From NCBI GenBank assembly GCA_963733095.1, contig CAVTBV010000013.1:416001-480000 (forward strand): a stretch of DNA of 64,000 nt, given 5' to 3'. The translations under genes were made by a program, and so were the position numbers. This document shows, in pieces, positions 31,442-42,035 of this stretch (the first letter of the stretch is position 1; every line of letters starts with the position of its first letter). This stretch comes from Candidatus Bathyarchaeota archaeon (GTDB lineage: Archaea > Thermoproteota > Bathyarchaeia > Bathyarchaeales > Bathycorpusculaceae). The notes beneath the pieces are model-generated. The model did not search any database and had not been told where the DNA came from. It was given only the letters and a program-made list of their open reading frames with translations.

Positions 31442-32065
31442 CCAGAAAGGGAAAAAGATCCCTTTCTTTACAGGCTTTAATAAATCATAACGGTTTTGGT
31501 GTAAAAATGGATTAAAAAAAACAAGTATTGGGCAAGCTATTTTTTGCCTTTGCTCGCGTGTTTGGCTGGAAGTGAGACCTGTTTTCTCTCTTTTCTTTTC
31601 TGTTCTTTTTCACGTAGCATTTGTTTGTGTTTTTCTAATCCTTCAGCTTTTTTTGCTTTTTTAGACAAAATCTTCAACCTTAGCATGCAATAGAAAACGG
31701 CGGTACTCAAAAACATTATCCCAAATTTTACGTTTTGTCGCAATATTTAATAACAAAAACCGTTCACGATAAGATGGTGAAATTGAAAAACGCCTAAAGT
31801 TGAGATTCACTGTCCAAAATGTGGCTCCTCAGCGGTTGAGCGGACTAAGAACCAAGAGTGCCGTTGCTCCTATTGCGGGGAAATTTTTTATTTTGTTACT
31901 CCGCAGTGTGGTTCTCAAACTGATGATTTAGATAGGTACAATCTCTGAGTTGATGTGTTTTTTATTTGTGTTGGGTGGTGGATTTGTATTTTGGCACCGT
32001 TACCTTTATATGAGTAATTATTCATATGAACATTTATTCATATAAATGAGGAGCGGTGAAAACAA

Positions 32066-32386
32066 ATGAAAAAAGGGCTAACAAAAATCTGCTACCACTT
32101 CTTCACAAACCTCGCAAACCCCACCCGACTCGCCGCCATAGAACAACTAATGGACAAACCGATGAGCGTAAACGAACTCGCCACAACACTCGGACAGGAA
32201 CAAAGCATGATCTCTCATAACCTAAAACCCCTCCTCCAATGCCACCTCATCGCCATCCAAAAACAAGGCAAAAAACACATCTATACCGTCAACCAAGAAA
32301 CTCTAACCCCCATCTTTGAAGCCATCCAAACTCACGCCCAAAAATTCTGCCCCACAGGCGGAAAATGCCTAAAAGGAGAAGATTAA
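32066..32386 (+). CDS. ArsR/SmtB family regulator
   Basis: LANPTRLAAI..MSVNELA..QSMISHNLK; Cys-containing tail. Confidence 0.9.
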   Translation: MKKGLTKICYHFFTNLANPTRLAAIEQLMDKPMSVNELATTLGQEQSMISHNLKPLLQCHLIAIQKQGKKHIYTVNQETLTPIFEAIQTHAQKFCPTGGKCLKGED

Positions 32387-32387
32387 A

Positions 32388-33035
32388 ATGAAAAGAAAAA
32401 TCGTAAACATAAACGAAGACCTCTGCAACGGATGCGGAGCCTGTATTCCTAAATGTGTTGAAGGTGCCCTGCAAATCGTCAACGGCAAGGCAAAAATAAT
32501 CAAGGAAACTTATTGCGATGGACTTGGCGCCTGCTTGGGCCAATGTCCTCAAGATGCGATTACAATAACTGAGCGAGAAGCTGAAGCATTCAACCAAGAA
32601 GAAGTCCACGAATACCTAAAAAATAAAACAACGCAGATCCTACAAACACCTAGATCAGCCAACAAGACAACACAAAAGCCCCAGTGGCCCGTGAAACTAA
32701 ACCTTGTTCCAGTGAAAGCACCGTTTTTCGAAAATGCCGACATCCTCCTCGCCGCTGACTGCGCTCCTGTCGCCCTCAAAAACTTCCACGACCTCATGGC
32801 GGAAAAAAGAGTCATAATCGGCTGCCCAAAATTCGACGACGCAAGAGCCTACGCACAAAAGCTAACTGAGATTTTCCAGCAAAACAACATAGCCTCGGTG
32901 TCTGTTGTCCACATGGAAGTGCCCTGCTGCACCGGTTTGAAGTGGGCAGTAAACAAGGCGCTGGAAGGTTCAGGCAAACAAATCCCTGTTAAAGAATTCG
33001 AGGTTAAGATTGGAGGTGAAATAGTTGAGCTCTAA
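32388..33035 (+). CDS. 2x[4Fe-4S] ferredoxin-domain protein
   Basis: CNGCGACIPKC, CDGLGACLGQCP, QWPVKL, GCPKFD, MEVPCC. Confidence 0.9.
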   Translation: MKRKIVNINEDLCNGCGACIPKCVEGALQIVNGKAKIIKETYCDGLGACLGQCPQDAITITEREAEAFNQEEVHEYLKNKTTQILQTPRSANKTTQKPQWPVKLNLVPVKAPFFENADILLAADCAPVALKNFHDLMAEKRVIIGCPKFDDARAYAQKLTEIFQQNNIASVSVVHMEVPCCTGLKWAVNKALEGSGKQIPVKEFEVKIGGEIVEL

Positions 33036-33279
33036 CGACAAACCGATTCAAAAGAGCCCTGAAACTTGCCCTGGACTACGCGACCTCTTGCAGCCTAAGC
33101 CCGCCTACATCAAGTGTCATGTTTGTGGGGGCGACCTTGAAATCTGGAGTGATGAAGACAAAACCACATGCCCAGAATGCGGAGCGGAATGGAAACGCCC
33201 TGACAGCAACGCTGCCTGCCTTGAGTACTGCCAATACGCCGATAAATGCCGCGGAATCATAGAATCAAGGAAACGATAG
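33025..33279 (+). CDS. Small Zn-ribbon/Cys-rich protein
   Basis: CPG, CHVCG, EIWSDE, CPECG, CLEYC; coupled to the upstream gene. Confidence 0.8.
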   Translation: MSSNDKPIQKSPETCPGLRDLLQPKPAYIKCHVCGGDLEIWSDEDKTTCPECGAEWKRPDSNAACLEYCQYADKCRGIIESRKR

Positions 33280-33437
33280 AGAAAACAAAATTTCTTGTTT
33301 TCTTCCTCTTGGTGATTATCTATTGTTACGGATTTCTTTTCAGAAACACTTGTCTAGAGCGACTGCTAAAGGTGAAGCCTAAGAAACCGAAGGCTACCGA
33401 ATTAAAGCTTGATCTGCAAAAGTGCATCTCAGGCGGC

Positions 33438-33863
33438 TCACTTCGGGGACATCATGTTGCCCAACAATTCGTTCAAGGGCGGCATGCTTATTGGTTCATC
33501 TTCCACTATCTTTCCGTTGACGAGACGGTAATACGTGAGAACTCGGGCAGAGGCTTTTTTCCCGCTGGCAAGGTGGAAGTTCATTATGCCCCGAAAAACA
33601 ACCGAATCGCCTTCAGCTACTAAATCCAAGATTTCAAAATCGCGTGCCGGCGCAGTGGCTTTCAGACCTGAAATCACAGTCTTGAAGCCAGATCGGTCGG
33701 TGACGCCCATGCTTGGATTAATATATTCAGACGCAAGCAATTCGTCGATAAGGTCAACATTGCCTCCGCTCAAAATTTCTTTGATGAATCTGCGGACAAT
33801 GGCTTTGTTTTCATCAGTTGTCATTAAAATTTCTCCTGTACCTTGAGTGGGTCGCGAAGTCAA
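33438..33863 (-). CDS. SnoaL-like ester cyclase (NTF2 fold)
   Basis: ENKAIVRRF..VAEGDSV..GKIVE. Confidence 0.85.
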   Translation of the reverse strand: MTSRPTQGTGEILMTTDENKAIVRRFIKEILSGGNVDLIDELLASEYINPSMGVTDRSGFKTVISGLKATAPARDFEILDLVAEGDSVVFRGIMNFHLASGKKASARVLTYYRLVNGKIVEDEPISMPPLNELLGNMMSPK

Positions 33864-33974
33864 TATAACTGTATTGGGTTACATTTCGTTACCAACATTG
33901 ACAAAATAATTTTTTGTGTGCGCGAACGGAAAGATACGATACACTAAAATTAATTCCTGAGTGGAAGAATTGTG

Positions 33975-33999
33975 TGGTGGACCGGACCGTATTCAGACC
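33975..33999 (-). repeat. Degenerate copy of the tRNA-Val 3' end (att site)
   Basis: tggaccggaccgtattcagacc matches 41882-41903 at 19/22 and carries ACCA. Confidence 0.7.
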
Positions 34000-34318
34000 C
34001 TAATGGGTATGGGTCCCTGAGGCAGAATTCTAAAAAAACGAAAATAAATTCTAAAAAACTGAAAATAATTGAAAAAAAATAGCTAATCGTTCACGGGTAT
34101 GGGTCTCTTTTTGACTTATCCCCAAACTGGCATAAGTTCTTGTTGGAGCCTAAGTAGAAAAGAACCGTATGGCGCTGGATGTGGGAATCCTTCCCACTAT
34201 TTTTCCGCGGGTTATTACCTTTTTCCATGGTCGGTTTATTATTTGACATGTGTGGTAGCCCGGGAGTTACCGTTCTCAGACTGTAATTTCTACCGAAATT
34301 TCCCTTTTTTTAGTTTTA

Positions 34319-34346
34319 TGGTGGGATCGCTAGGATTTGAACCCAG
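34319..34346 (-). repeat. 3' fragment of another tRNA (T-arm, acceptor, CCA; possibly Pro), att-like
   Basis: Minus strand CTGGGTTCAAATCCTAGCGATCCCACCA; no 5' half present. Confidence 0.7.
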
Positions 34347-34599
34347 CCCCAAGTGGAGTTAGGCGATATGGGTATTTTGGATACTTCGTGGATGTTCTTT
34401 GCAGCAGTACTATTGCTACAAAAATTAAGGTAATAACTCCAGACAGAATAAAAATTGCTGAGCTAAACGTTGAGGTCAAATCGTCACCCATAGCTGAGTT
34501 AGCCATGTTAACAAGAACAAAGTACGAGCTTACTATCAATATCAGGACAACAACAAGTATGATAGCCAAGATGCCCCAACTAAGCCCTTTACTGTTCAT
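34330..34599 (-). CDS. Small two-TM membrane protein
   Basis: MNSKGLS + hydrophobic helices; ends inside the tRNA fragment. Confidence 0.55.
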   Translation of the reverse strand: MNSKGLSWGILAIILVVVLILIVSSYFVLVNMANSAMGDDLTSTFSSAIFILSGVITLIFVAIVLLQRTSTKYPKYPYRLTPLGAGFKS

Positions 34600-35025
34600 C
34601 TAACATTGGCTCCAAAATCTATCAATGTTTTGCGGATTTAAGACTTATCTTTATGAAAACTTTAGCTGAAATTCATAAATGTATTATCCAAAGTTGGTCA
34701 TTAGAAGATGAAGCTGAATAAACATGGGAACCACATACTATAGGTGAATAAAAAATGGGATTAGAAATGGTAGCATTTAAAGTCGTTATCGCTGGGAACA
34801 CCATTGAAGTTGTTACATTAGGTGACGCAAAGCAAGCTCTACGACAAAAAGAAGCTGAGTTACGACAAAAAAGAAATAGACAACGGTTTGCAAAGGATAT
34901 AATCAAGCGGGAATAAGAAATACATCAACGTTGCAGCATAAGACATTGAACGTTAGCTCAATTTAGTTACAAGTTAGTGCGCTAAAATATATCGAATTTT
35001 CACCGGTTTTCTTGAGGTGTGATGA

Positions 35026-35487
35026 TCAATCTATTGAGTTTGCTTCTCTTTTCATTCTCTTCTTGGCAATAGCTTCTGCCCTATCAAGGATTTCCCTAAT
35101 CTTTTCAATTTGTTGATTAGGTGCTTCAACTGATTCCAACGAATCAAATATAGCCTGCAATTCAAGTTCAAGCGGAAATAGGCTTCTTTGCTTTATATAG
35201 GTTACTAAAGGCTCAAGCTCTTTATGCAATATCCGCTCAATTCTGCCAGATAACACCATTTCATCAATAATCTTAAGCATGTCTTCTTTAGATACGCCCA
35301 ATCTCTGTACACCGTAGGTGATTAGGTCGGTTTCCTTTGTGTTTCCATAGGTGCACAAATAAGAAATGATTTTCTGCTCCAAATTCGAAAACGATTTTTC
35401 CATGTTAATGCCCGTTTTTCGTTTGTCTGGAGGCAAATTTTTGTCTTCATAATATAAGGAGGGCCTTCTATTAAAGAGGCTTCGCAA
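35026..35487 (-). CDS. Winged-helix hypothetical protein
   Basis: LEQKIISYL...LGVSKEDMLKIIDEMVLSGRIER. Confidence 0.55.
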   Translation of the reverse strand: MRSLFNRRPSLYYEDKNLPPDKRKTGINMEKSFSNLEQKIISYLCTYGNTKETDLITYGVQRLGVSKEDMLKIIDEMVLSGRIERILHKELEPLVTYIKQRSLFPLELELQAIFDSLESVEAPNQQIEKIREILDRAEAIAKKRMKREANSID

Positions 35488-35544
35488 AGTTGCCTCTGTT
35501 CAAAATTGTTGTCATCCATTAGGTCTTTTGAATAAATCCTTAAT

Positions 35545-35754
35545 ATGAAGTGCATGGAGATTGTGCCAAAGGTCCAGGAAGCAGCCAAGAACGTCAAGAA
35601 AGTCTATGGATATTTTAACAATCACTTTCATGGGTACGTCCCTGAGAATTGCCTGCAAATGATTGAATTATTGGGCTTAACTACTGAGCAGCAGAAGATG
35701 GTTAAGGAAAAATCTAAAAGCAAACAAGCGCAGCTAGGTTCTTTTTTTGGATAA
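35545..35754 (+). pseudogene. C-terminal fragment of a DUF72 (YecE-like) protein
   Basis: VYGYFNNHFHGYVPENC motif; N-terminal part missing. Confidence 0.65.
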
Positions 35755-35863
35755 CGAACTATTTACCAGCAACGCGCTTTTGATAATTCAAATATACCCT
35801 CTGCTGAACTGCCTGTTAGTTTCAACCCTTGCTTTATTAAACAAATCAAGCTAAACGCCGCGC

Positions 35864-36034
35864 ATGATTGATTTATCTAGACCCTGTGATGCTTGCGGCA
35901 AATACATAGGCGGCGGGTTCCATTGCTGCCAGAACTGCCAGATCTACTTCTGCTTCTACTGCTCACTTCAACTTCCAACAATTCAAAATACAATAAAGAG
36001 AAAATGCCCTATGTGCAATGGAAAATTCGAGTAG
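35864..36034 (+). CDS. 56-aa Cys-rich RING-like (C4C4) zinc finger protein
   Basis: Translated by hand: MIDLSRPCDACGKYIGGGFHCCQNCQIYFCFYCSLQLPTIQNTIKRKCPMCNGKFE. Confidence 0.7.
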   Translation: MIDLSRPCDACGKYIGGGFHCCQNCQIYFCFYCSLQLPTIQNTIKRKCPMCNGKFE

Positions 36035-36232
36035 TTATTGACTTTTTCTTGATTTGCTTTCGGAACAGTGAGGGTTAAAGCAATTAAGACAGCCTTTAGG
36101 GAAGGTTTGGCAGAGCTGTTTTTTCTTGAAACCCCATTTTTTTCTCAGCTCATCAGCTTCAGCTTCTTGATCATATGACACGCATTTTGTTTTGGTCATC
36201 GAGAATTCCCATTTAAATCAGCGCTGGAAACA

Positions 36233-36439
36233 TTGGCTTCGCCACCAACACCAAGTGACCTTCTGAAGCCAATGCTGAACTATGTGATGGAAGTTAATGG
36301 ACAAACAGTTGCAAAAGTTCACAGAAAATGGCCAACACTAAGAAACCAGATTAAATTCTCAATAACTGGATATCTTGATCATCGCCTAGTTATAGGCGCA
36401 GTAATTGTTATTGAACACGTGTTAGCGGAAGGGAAATAG
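36233..36439 (+). pseudogene. C-terminal fragment of a LURP-one/scramblase-like protein
   Basis: NGQTVAKVHRKW..DHRLVIGAVIVI. Confidence 0.55.
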
Positions 36440-37545
36440 CGCGCCGCTTTGTCCCTAAATTAAGTGTTGAAGTAAGTCGGTGATACTGCTTTTTCATGTC
36501 TGCCAATCCTCTGTGCTGCCTCTCTGTTTAGCACTAAACAAAGAATGCTGCATAATGAATAGAACGTAACCTGCGCTAGTCCTCTGACCTTATTGTTAGC
36601 CATGCTAAACTGTGTCTTCAAAAAACTGTTAACTGCTTCAATCGGCGGTCTCTTATGATACTCCACCTTGTCCTCCAAAGATCCATAAGTCCTAAACTTC
36701 CTATCAACTCGCAGCAAACCCTCCACATCCTTGCGATGATTAGCAGGATATGGAATAGTTGCCTTCTCCACAGCACACCTGAGCTTAGAATCGCTGTATT
36801 GGCTATCCGCTACTACACTTCTAACTTTAGCTTTACAGTGTTTGAGAATTTCCTTGGCCTTTTCAAGTAGAGTCAGTGAATGTTTCTTTTCGTTTTGGTT
36901 TGCAGAGACGAAAACGTTTGAGAGAGGAAGCATTGTTTTGTGGTCGATTGATAGGTGCATTTTGTAGCCCAGTGCATATGATCGGCCAGATCTGCCAACT
37001 CTGGCTTGGGCATCTGAGAAGCCTATTTGGTTATCTGTTGGGTGACGTGTGCTCCAAGCCTTAATAAAAGATGCATCCAACACTACGTCCACTTCATTGC
37101 TTTGCTGGCTTTTTAGCAGTTTGATTACTTTTTGATCGATTATTTTGTTGAGGTTGTCTTGGCCTACTCGTTTGGAAAATCGGCTCATTACGCTTCGTGT
37201 GTAGCCTTTTTGGCTGTCTTTGATTAGGCAGAGCTTTCTAATTCTTAAATCGTTGTTTAGGATGCGGGTCATTTCTCTTAGGCTGCGTATGGCTTTCATT
37301 TTCATTATTAAGAATGCTCGAAATAGTCCCAGTGGGTTTCTGGGTCGTCTTCCTGGGCCGCTTGCGTGGAAGCACTGTTTTATTAGGTTGTTACCAAAGC
37401 TTAAGTCTACGTTTTTGAAAAGGGTTTCAAGGGTCTCGTGTTCATCCTGTCTCGCAGGGATCACTTCCTTGTGTGATTGGTTCTCAATGATACGAGACCC
37501 AGTTTCTAGTTATAAGCTTTTCAATTTAGGGACAAGCCAGCGCGC
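36439..37545 (-). mobile_element. IS5/IS4-like insertion sequence, copy 1 (transposase 36460-37464)
   Basis: DDE motifs VLDASFI, VADSQYS, YHKRPPIEAVNSFLK; imperfect 23-bp TIRs gcgcgccgctttgtccctaaatt / aatttagggacaagccagcgcgc. Confidence 0.9.
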
Positions 37546-37548
37546 TTC

Positions 37549-37986
37549 CTAAGTAGTTTCCTCAATATCTCGCCATTTCGATAGAGCATTCATAGCTCGG
37601 TCTCCCCGAACACTTGTTATTATTGCGACCAATATCTCTGCTGTCATTTGTGGTTGATTATAACTAGATTTGTTTTGCTTGACAGACGTACTATTGTCTG
37701 TATTTTTAGGCGTAATTGATCTTGCGTCGTTCATAGCTTTAGTTAATTCTTCAACCTTCTTTTTTGAAACAGTATTTCCTTCTTGAATAATAGCAGTTAG
37801 CCCTGTTGCAGACTTAATTCCAATCATCTTGAAACGATTCATCCATAATTCTCCAGTGCAGGTATATAGAACTGCTTGGTCCACCCAATTAAACAGTTGT
37901 TTAGGAAAAAAATTAGTATTAGTTATGAGTTGTTCAAGAGACGCGCTTGCAAGATTATGAATATTATCAATTTTCTCTTCCAACAA
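37549..37986 (-). CDS. Hypothetical protein (possibly 5'-truncated)
   Basis: 145-aa ORF with no recognised motif. Confidence 0.45.
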   Translation of the reverse strand: MLEEKIDNIHNLASASLEQLITNTNFFPKQLFNWVDQAVLYTCTGELWMNRFKMIGIKSATGLTAIIQEGNTVSKKKVEELTKAMNDARSITPKNTDNSTSVKQNKSSYNQPQMTAEILVAIITSVRGDRAMNALSKWRDIEETT

Positions 37987-38227
37987 TCGTGACTCATGCC
38001 AAGTGTTTAATCATTCGTGATGAAAGCAATCTTTCACCGGAACAAACGCCTTACCTCTTTAAATTAAAAACTAATCTGTGAATCTACACTAAGCAGTAGT
38101 GGAGTCCTATCTGAAAGTAACCTGACATTAATAGCGTGCTTTGGGTTTCATATATAGTAGCTACTATTTATTTGAATAAACCGGGTTAGTGAAGTAATTT
38201 TACGGTTTGATTAAATTGGTGTTCTTT

Positions 38228-38470
38228 TCAAAACAATTCAAAGGCATATTTTTTTCTATAGACTAACACAGCTACAACAAGGATAGACATTAACACGAAA
38301 AGAACCGCAAATGAAGGAAACTCGGGTATCGGCGGTGTGGGTTGTGGGACACTGCTGTCATTTAAGGGTCCATAAAACATGGACAAAGCTGATGCTGAAA
38401 TCAAAACAGCTGCAGCAAGTATGAACCATTTGCCTATTGATTTGGAAACTGAACGTTTTTTTAATGTCAT
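38228..38470 (-). CDS. Mini protein: signal peptide directly linked to a PEF-CTERM-like anchor
   Basis: TM, PQPTPPIPEFPS, TM, RKK; probably internally deleted. Confidence 0.55.
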   Translation of the reverse strand: MTLKKRSVSKSIGKWFILAAAVLISASALSMFYGPLNDSSVPQPTPPIPEFPSFAVLFVLMSILVVAVLVYRKKYAFELF

Positions 38471-38714
38471 GTTTCCTCTATAATAATATCTTAAGGATCA
38501 ATATATTTATTTTTTGCACTTGTCATTTCTTTGATAAGATTTTATCTACTGAAACTAAGTATGCGCTAAGTTTATTTAATCGGTTCATGGATAAACCATA
38601 AAATTTTCAAAATTCGACTGCATAATTTAAGGTTATCCTGTTTATCGAGTATTTACATTCCAAACATTCAGCTTGTCAGATCTATTTTAAGATGGGATAA
38701 TGTTATAATGATAA

Positions 38715-40191
38715 TTGAGTACTATATTACATAAAGTGGTTAATTTGGAGGACCCCATTTTGCCAGAGTGCAGTAAGCACACTCCAGCTTTAACTTCACA
38801 CTCGAGAGACATTCTCAAGAATTTCTTAGAACACATTGGAAATTTCTGCTTGACGCTTTCAGATGTAACAAACGATTACTTGTTTGAAGCTGAATATTGC
38901 TCAAACGTAGAGAAGCTTGACCAACTCAAAGCGGAATTAGCTGGTTTCAAAGAAGACAACTCTGAAATCTATGATTGGGCAAAGCTTGGTTTCAATGGGG
39001 TGACATGCTTCTTTTACGGGAACAGAGATATCGCTATGGGGAGATATGAAACTGAGCATCTCGAAAGAGGAAGAACATTCTTGTTGGCTTTTGCTGAACG
39101 CGTACCCCCGAAGGTAGCCGAGATTTTCCAAAAGAGCGGCGTCGATTTTGAGACTGTTGGAAAAAAGAACGCGTTTGAAATAAAGGCGTTTTCAATATTC
39201 TCAGTAGCGAGGGCACACTTGGAGCGAGGGGAATACGGTGAGGCTGCACGTAATTTTGAAGAATGCTTATCTTTGAGGATTCTGAATGGATTGGAAATTT
39301 ATTCAGACATAGAACCTTTGAAATGGTATGCAAGAGGTCTAGATTTTCAGTATGAACAGGGAAAGTTTTCTGAGGCCGCCGATTCGTTCAGAAAAAGCTC
39401 TGAACTCTATCAAAAAATTGCGGAAAAAGCGACCTTAACGGATGACATCTTTGAAGAGGGAAGAGCTAATTCTATGAAAGTTGTTTGCGACTGACGAGCA
39501 GCCGTTTGTACAGCTCTCCATAATAAGGTTGGAACTAGCCCCGGCTACCAGAGTTTCCGTCAAGACATAAATACCGTTACAAACGAATATAATCAGGAGG
39601 TAAAGTCCATTTCAAGTGTAAGTGAAATATTGGCTTTGAACGAGATTGCCAAAAGCATTGAGAAGATAATGGTTTATGCACAGAATTTGAGAGCGTCTTC
39701 AGAATTATTTAGCATAGAGAGCCAAGTTTTTGAAAGACTTTACGATCAAGGAGACACCATAAAAACTGAAATATTGACTTGTATTGATGGATTGAACGAA
39801 ATCCAAAAAAACATGGGAACAACCCTACAAAGCCTAACGGCAAGTATGGACCGAGACAGATATCGGAGGAGCCTGCGAAAGATGGTTAATTTATGTAATA
39901 ATGACCTCATACCTGCATATCAAAAAGTAGGTGGAAGATTTAGTAAAAAATCGAACACAAATTGAGGTCGCAGTTGAGCAGAAGAGAGCAGTAGGAGAGA
40001 AAGTTCCAGAAAAACCTCAAGTTAAAGAACTTTTAGATGACGCGAGTAAGGAAGTTAATGAAGCCAGGAGCTTAAAGACCCGACTCAAGGGCTGCTATGA
40101 ATATGGACTGAATTTCTTAGAAGATGCGAAGCCTTATATTGAAGCGCTTGGAAATGCTGTGGGATTCATCTTAAAATGTGTTGGTAAATAG
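38715..40191 (+). pseudogene. TPR/coiled-coil protein interrupted by an in-frame TGA (39492) and a frameshift (~39930)
   Basis: 38715-39494 and 39630-39965 share a frame with no other stop between them; TPR motifs GEYGEAARNFEE, GKFSEAADSFRK. Confidence 0.65.
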
Positions 40192-40243
40192 GCACGTTTT
40201 AATCGCATCCAAGGCTGAGCCGTACCAGACTTAAACCCCAAAC

Positions 40244-41872
40244 CAGACTGTGTTAAAACTTGGAACTAATTTCTAATGGCATCGATCATTCGAGCTATTG
40301 CCTGGAAGTCTCATTCCCTTGTTTTTACTTCTTCACCAAACTTACTAGCGCCTCAACTCCAAAAATATTGATAATCCTTCTTATATTGTAAGCAAGCATT
40401 GTAAATCCGACCTCCCCTCTAACCTTACGCAAACCTTTCAAGAGCACATAGCCCTAATTGAAAGCACGCTTAATAGTTCCAAACGGATGTTCCACTATCA
40501 TCCGCCTCAACCGAAGCTTCTCTCTACCCTCAAAACTATGCAGTCGCCTCCTAAGGCGATCAACAGCACCATCAAACTCTCCTCTAAACATATACCTTCC
40601 ACGCTTATTCCTAGTACATTTACTCCTCACAGAACAGCAAGAGCAAAGCGCTGTCCGATATAACCTGCCTTTAAGACCACTTTCTCGACCGCCCTGCTTC
40701 CAAAAAGGCAACTCCTCTCCAACAGGACAAACATACACGTCCTTACCGATATTGTAAATGAATCTGTCAGAATAAAACTCAGGCGCAGGAACCCCAACCT
40801 TCTTGTATGGATTCAAAGCAGCAGGAATAGGCATGAAAACCCTTATGCCATTAGCCTCACAATCAGAGATGTCTTTCTCAACATAGAATCCTTTATCGCT
40901 TACAACATCAAGCTCATCAACACCCAAAGTCTCCTTGGCAGCTAACGCATCCTTAGTAAGCTGGTGATGATCAGTCGAGATATTTATCACGTCATAATCA
41001 ACGATAAGATGCTTTTTTGCATCAACTGACGTTTGAATGTTGTAGCCAACTTCAAGCCGTTGGCTGTCTACTCTCATTAAACGGCTGTCTGGGTCCACAA
41101 ATGAAACTTCCTTCTGGCCTGTTGCCTTCATTTGGCTTTGAATCTGCTCATATCGCAGCTTTTCTTCTTCAAGTTTGCATATTTTCTCCTTAAGCTCATC
41201 GACATTGACGCTTTCATCTTCAGCTGAATCAGCCGTATCGTTTTGGTCCATTTCTTTGAGGTACTCTGCGATCTTTTCCTCTGTTTGTTTGAGTCTTAAA
41301 GCGATTGTTTTCTCGTTGAGGTTGTTGCTCCTAGAGTTGACAGCTTTGAATTTGGTGCCATCAATAGCTACTATCTGGGCGCCGTAAAGATCCAAGCTCT
41401 TGCAGAGATACACGAATTCTTTGAATACTCCTTTGATGCAGTCAATGTTGTCTTTTCTGAAATCAGCGATGGTTTTGTGGTCTGGCGCCAACTTTTTCGT
41501 TAGCCACATGACTTCAACGTTGCGGTGGCATTCTTTCTCCAATTTCCTGCTAGATCTCACCAGGTTGAGGTAGCCATAAACGTAGAGCTTGAGCAGATCT
41601 GACGGATTATAGGAAGGTCTTCCAGTGTCAGCGGGGATTGAGTGCTTGAAACCAAGCTTTTCCAGGTTAAGGCTGTCTACAAAGGCGTCGATAAACCTGA
41701 CGGGGTTTTCTTTTTCAACGTACTGATCGATGGTATTGGGAAAAAGCACTGTTTGGTCTCGGTGGGTTCCGTTTACGTGTTCGCTCATGGCTTTTCAGTT
41801 GCTCTAAGGATAGTCTAGATTTAAGGTTAACGGTGAATAGCTTGCAAAGAAAGAGACTTTTCACACAGTCTG
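40244..41872 (-). mobile_element. IS1182-family insertion sequence; transposase has a premature TAG at 40454
   Basis: GRPSYNP..LLKLYVYGY, PDHKTIADFR, IDGTK, VEHPFGTIK; frame continues GYVLLKGLRKVRGE..LAYN; TIRs cagactgtgttaaaact / acttttcacacagtctg. Confidence 0.9.
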
Positions 41873-41881
41873 TAATGGGAG

Positions 41882-41956
41882 TGGACCGGGCCGGATTCGG
41901 ACCGGCGACCTTCTGCACGTCAAGCAGATGTCCTAACCAGGCTAGACGACCGGTCC
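41882..41956 (-). tRNA. tRNA-Val(GAC)
   Basis: Acceptor GGACCGG/CCGGTCC; anticodon arm TCTGC-TT GAC GT-GCAGA; T-arm GCCGG-TCCGAAT-CCGGC; CCA not encoded; TATATA at ~41989. Confidence 0.93.
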
Positions 41957-42035
41957 ACACTTTTGCAATGTCTTCTACGTCATTTTCCTATATAGGCGCT
42001 CTGATTCTTCAATAGGCGCTTTGTTTCTGAACATC

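Noticed and set aside
34021-34082. CRISPR-like repeats
   Set aside because: Low-complexity A-rich tandem units without spacers; no cas genes.
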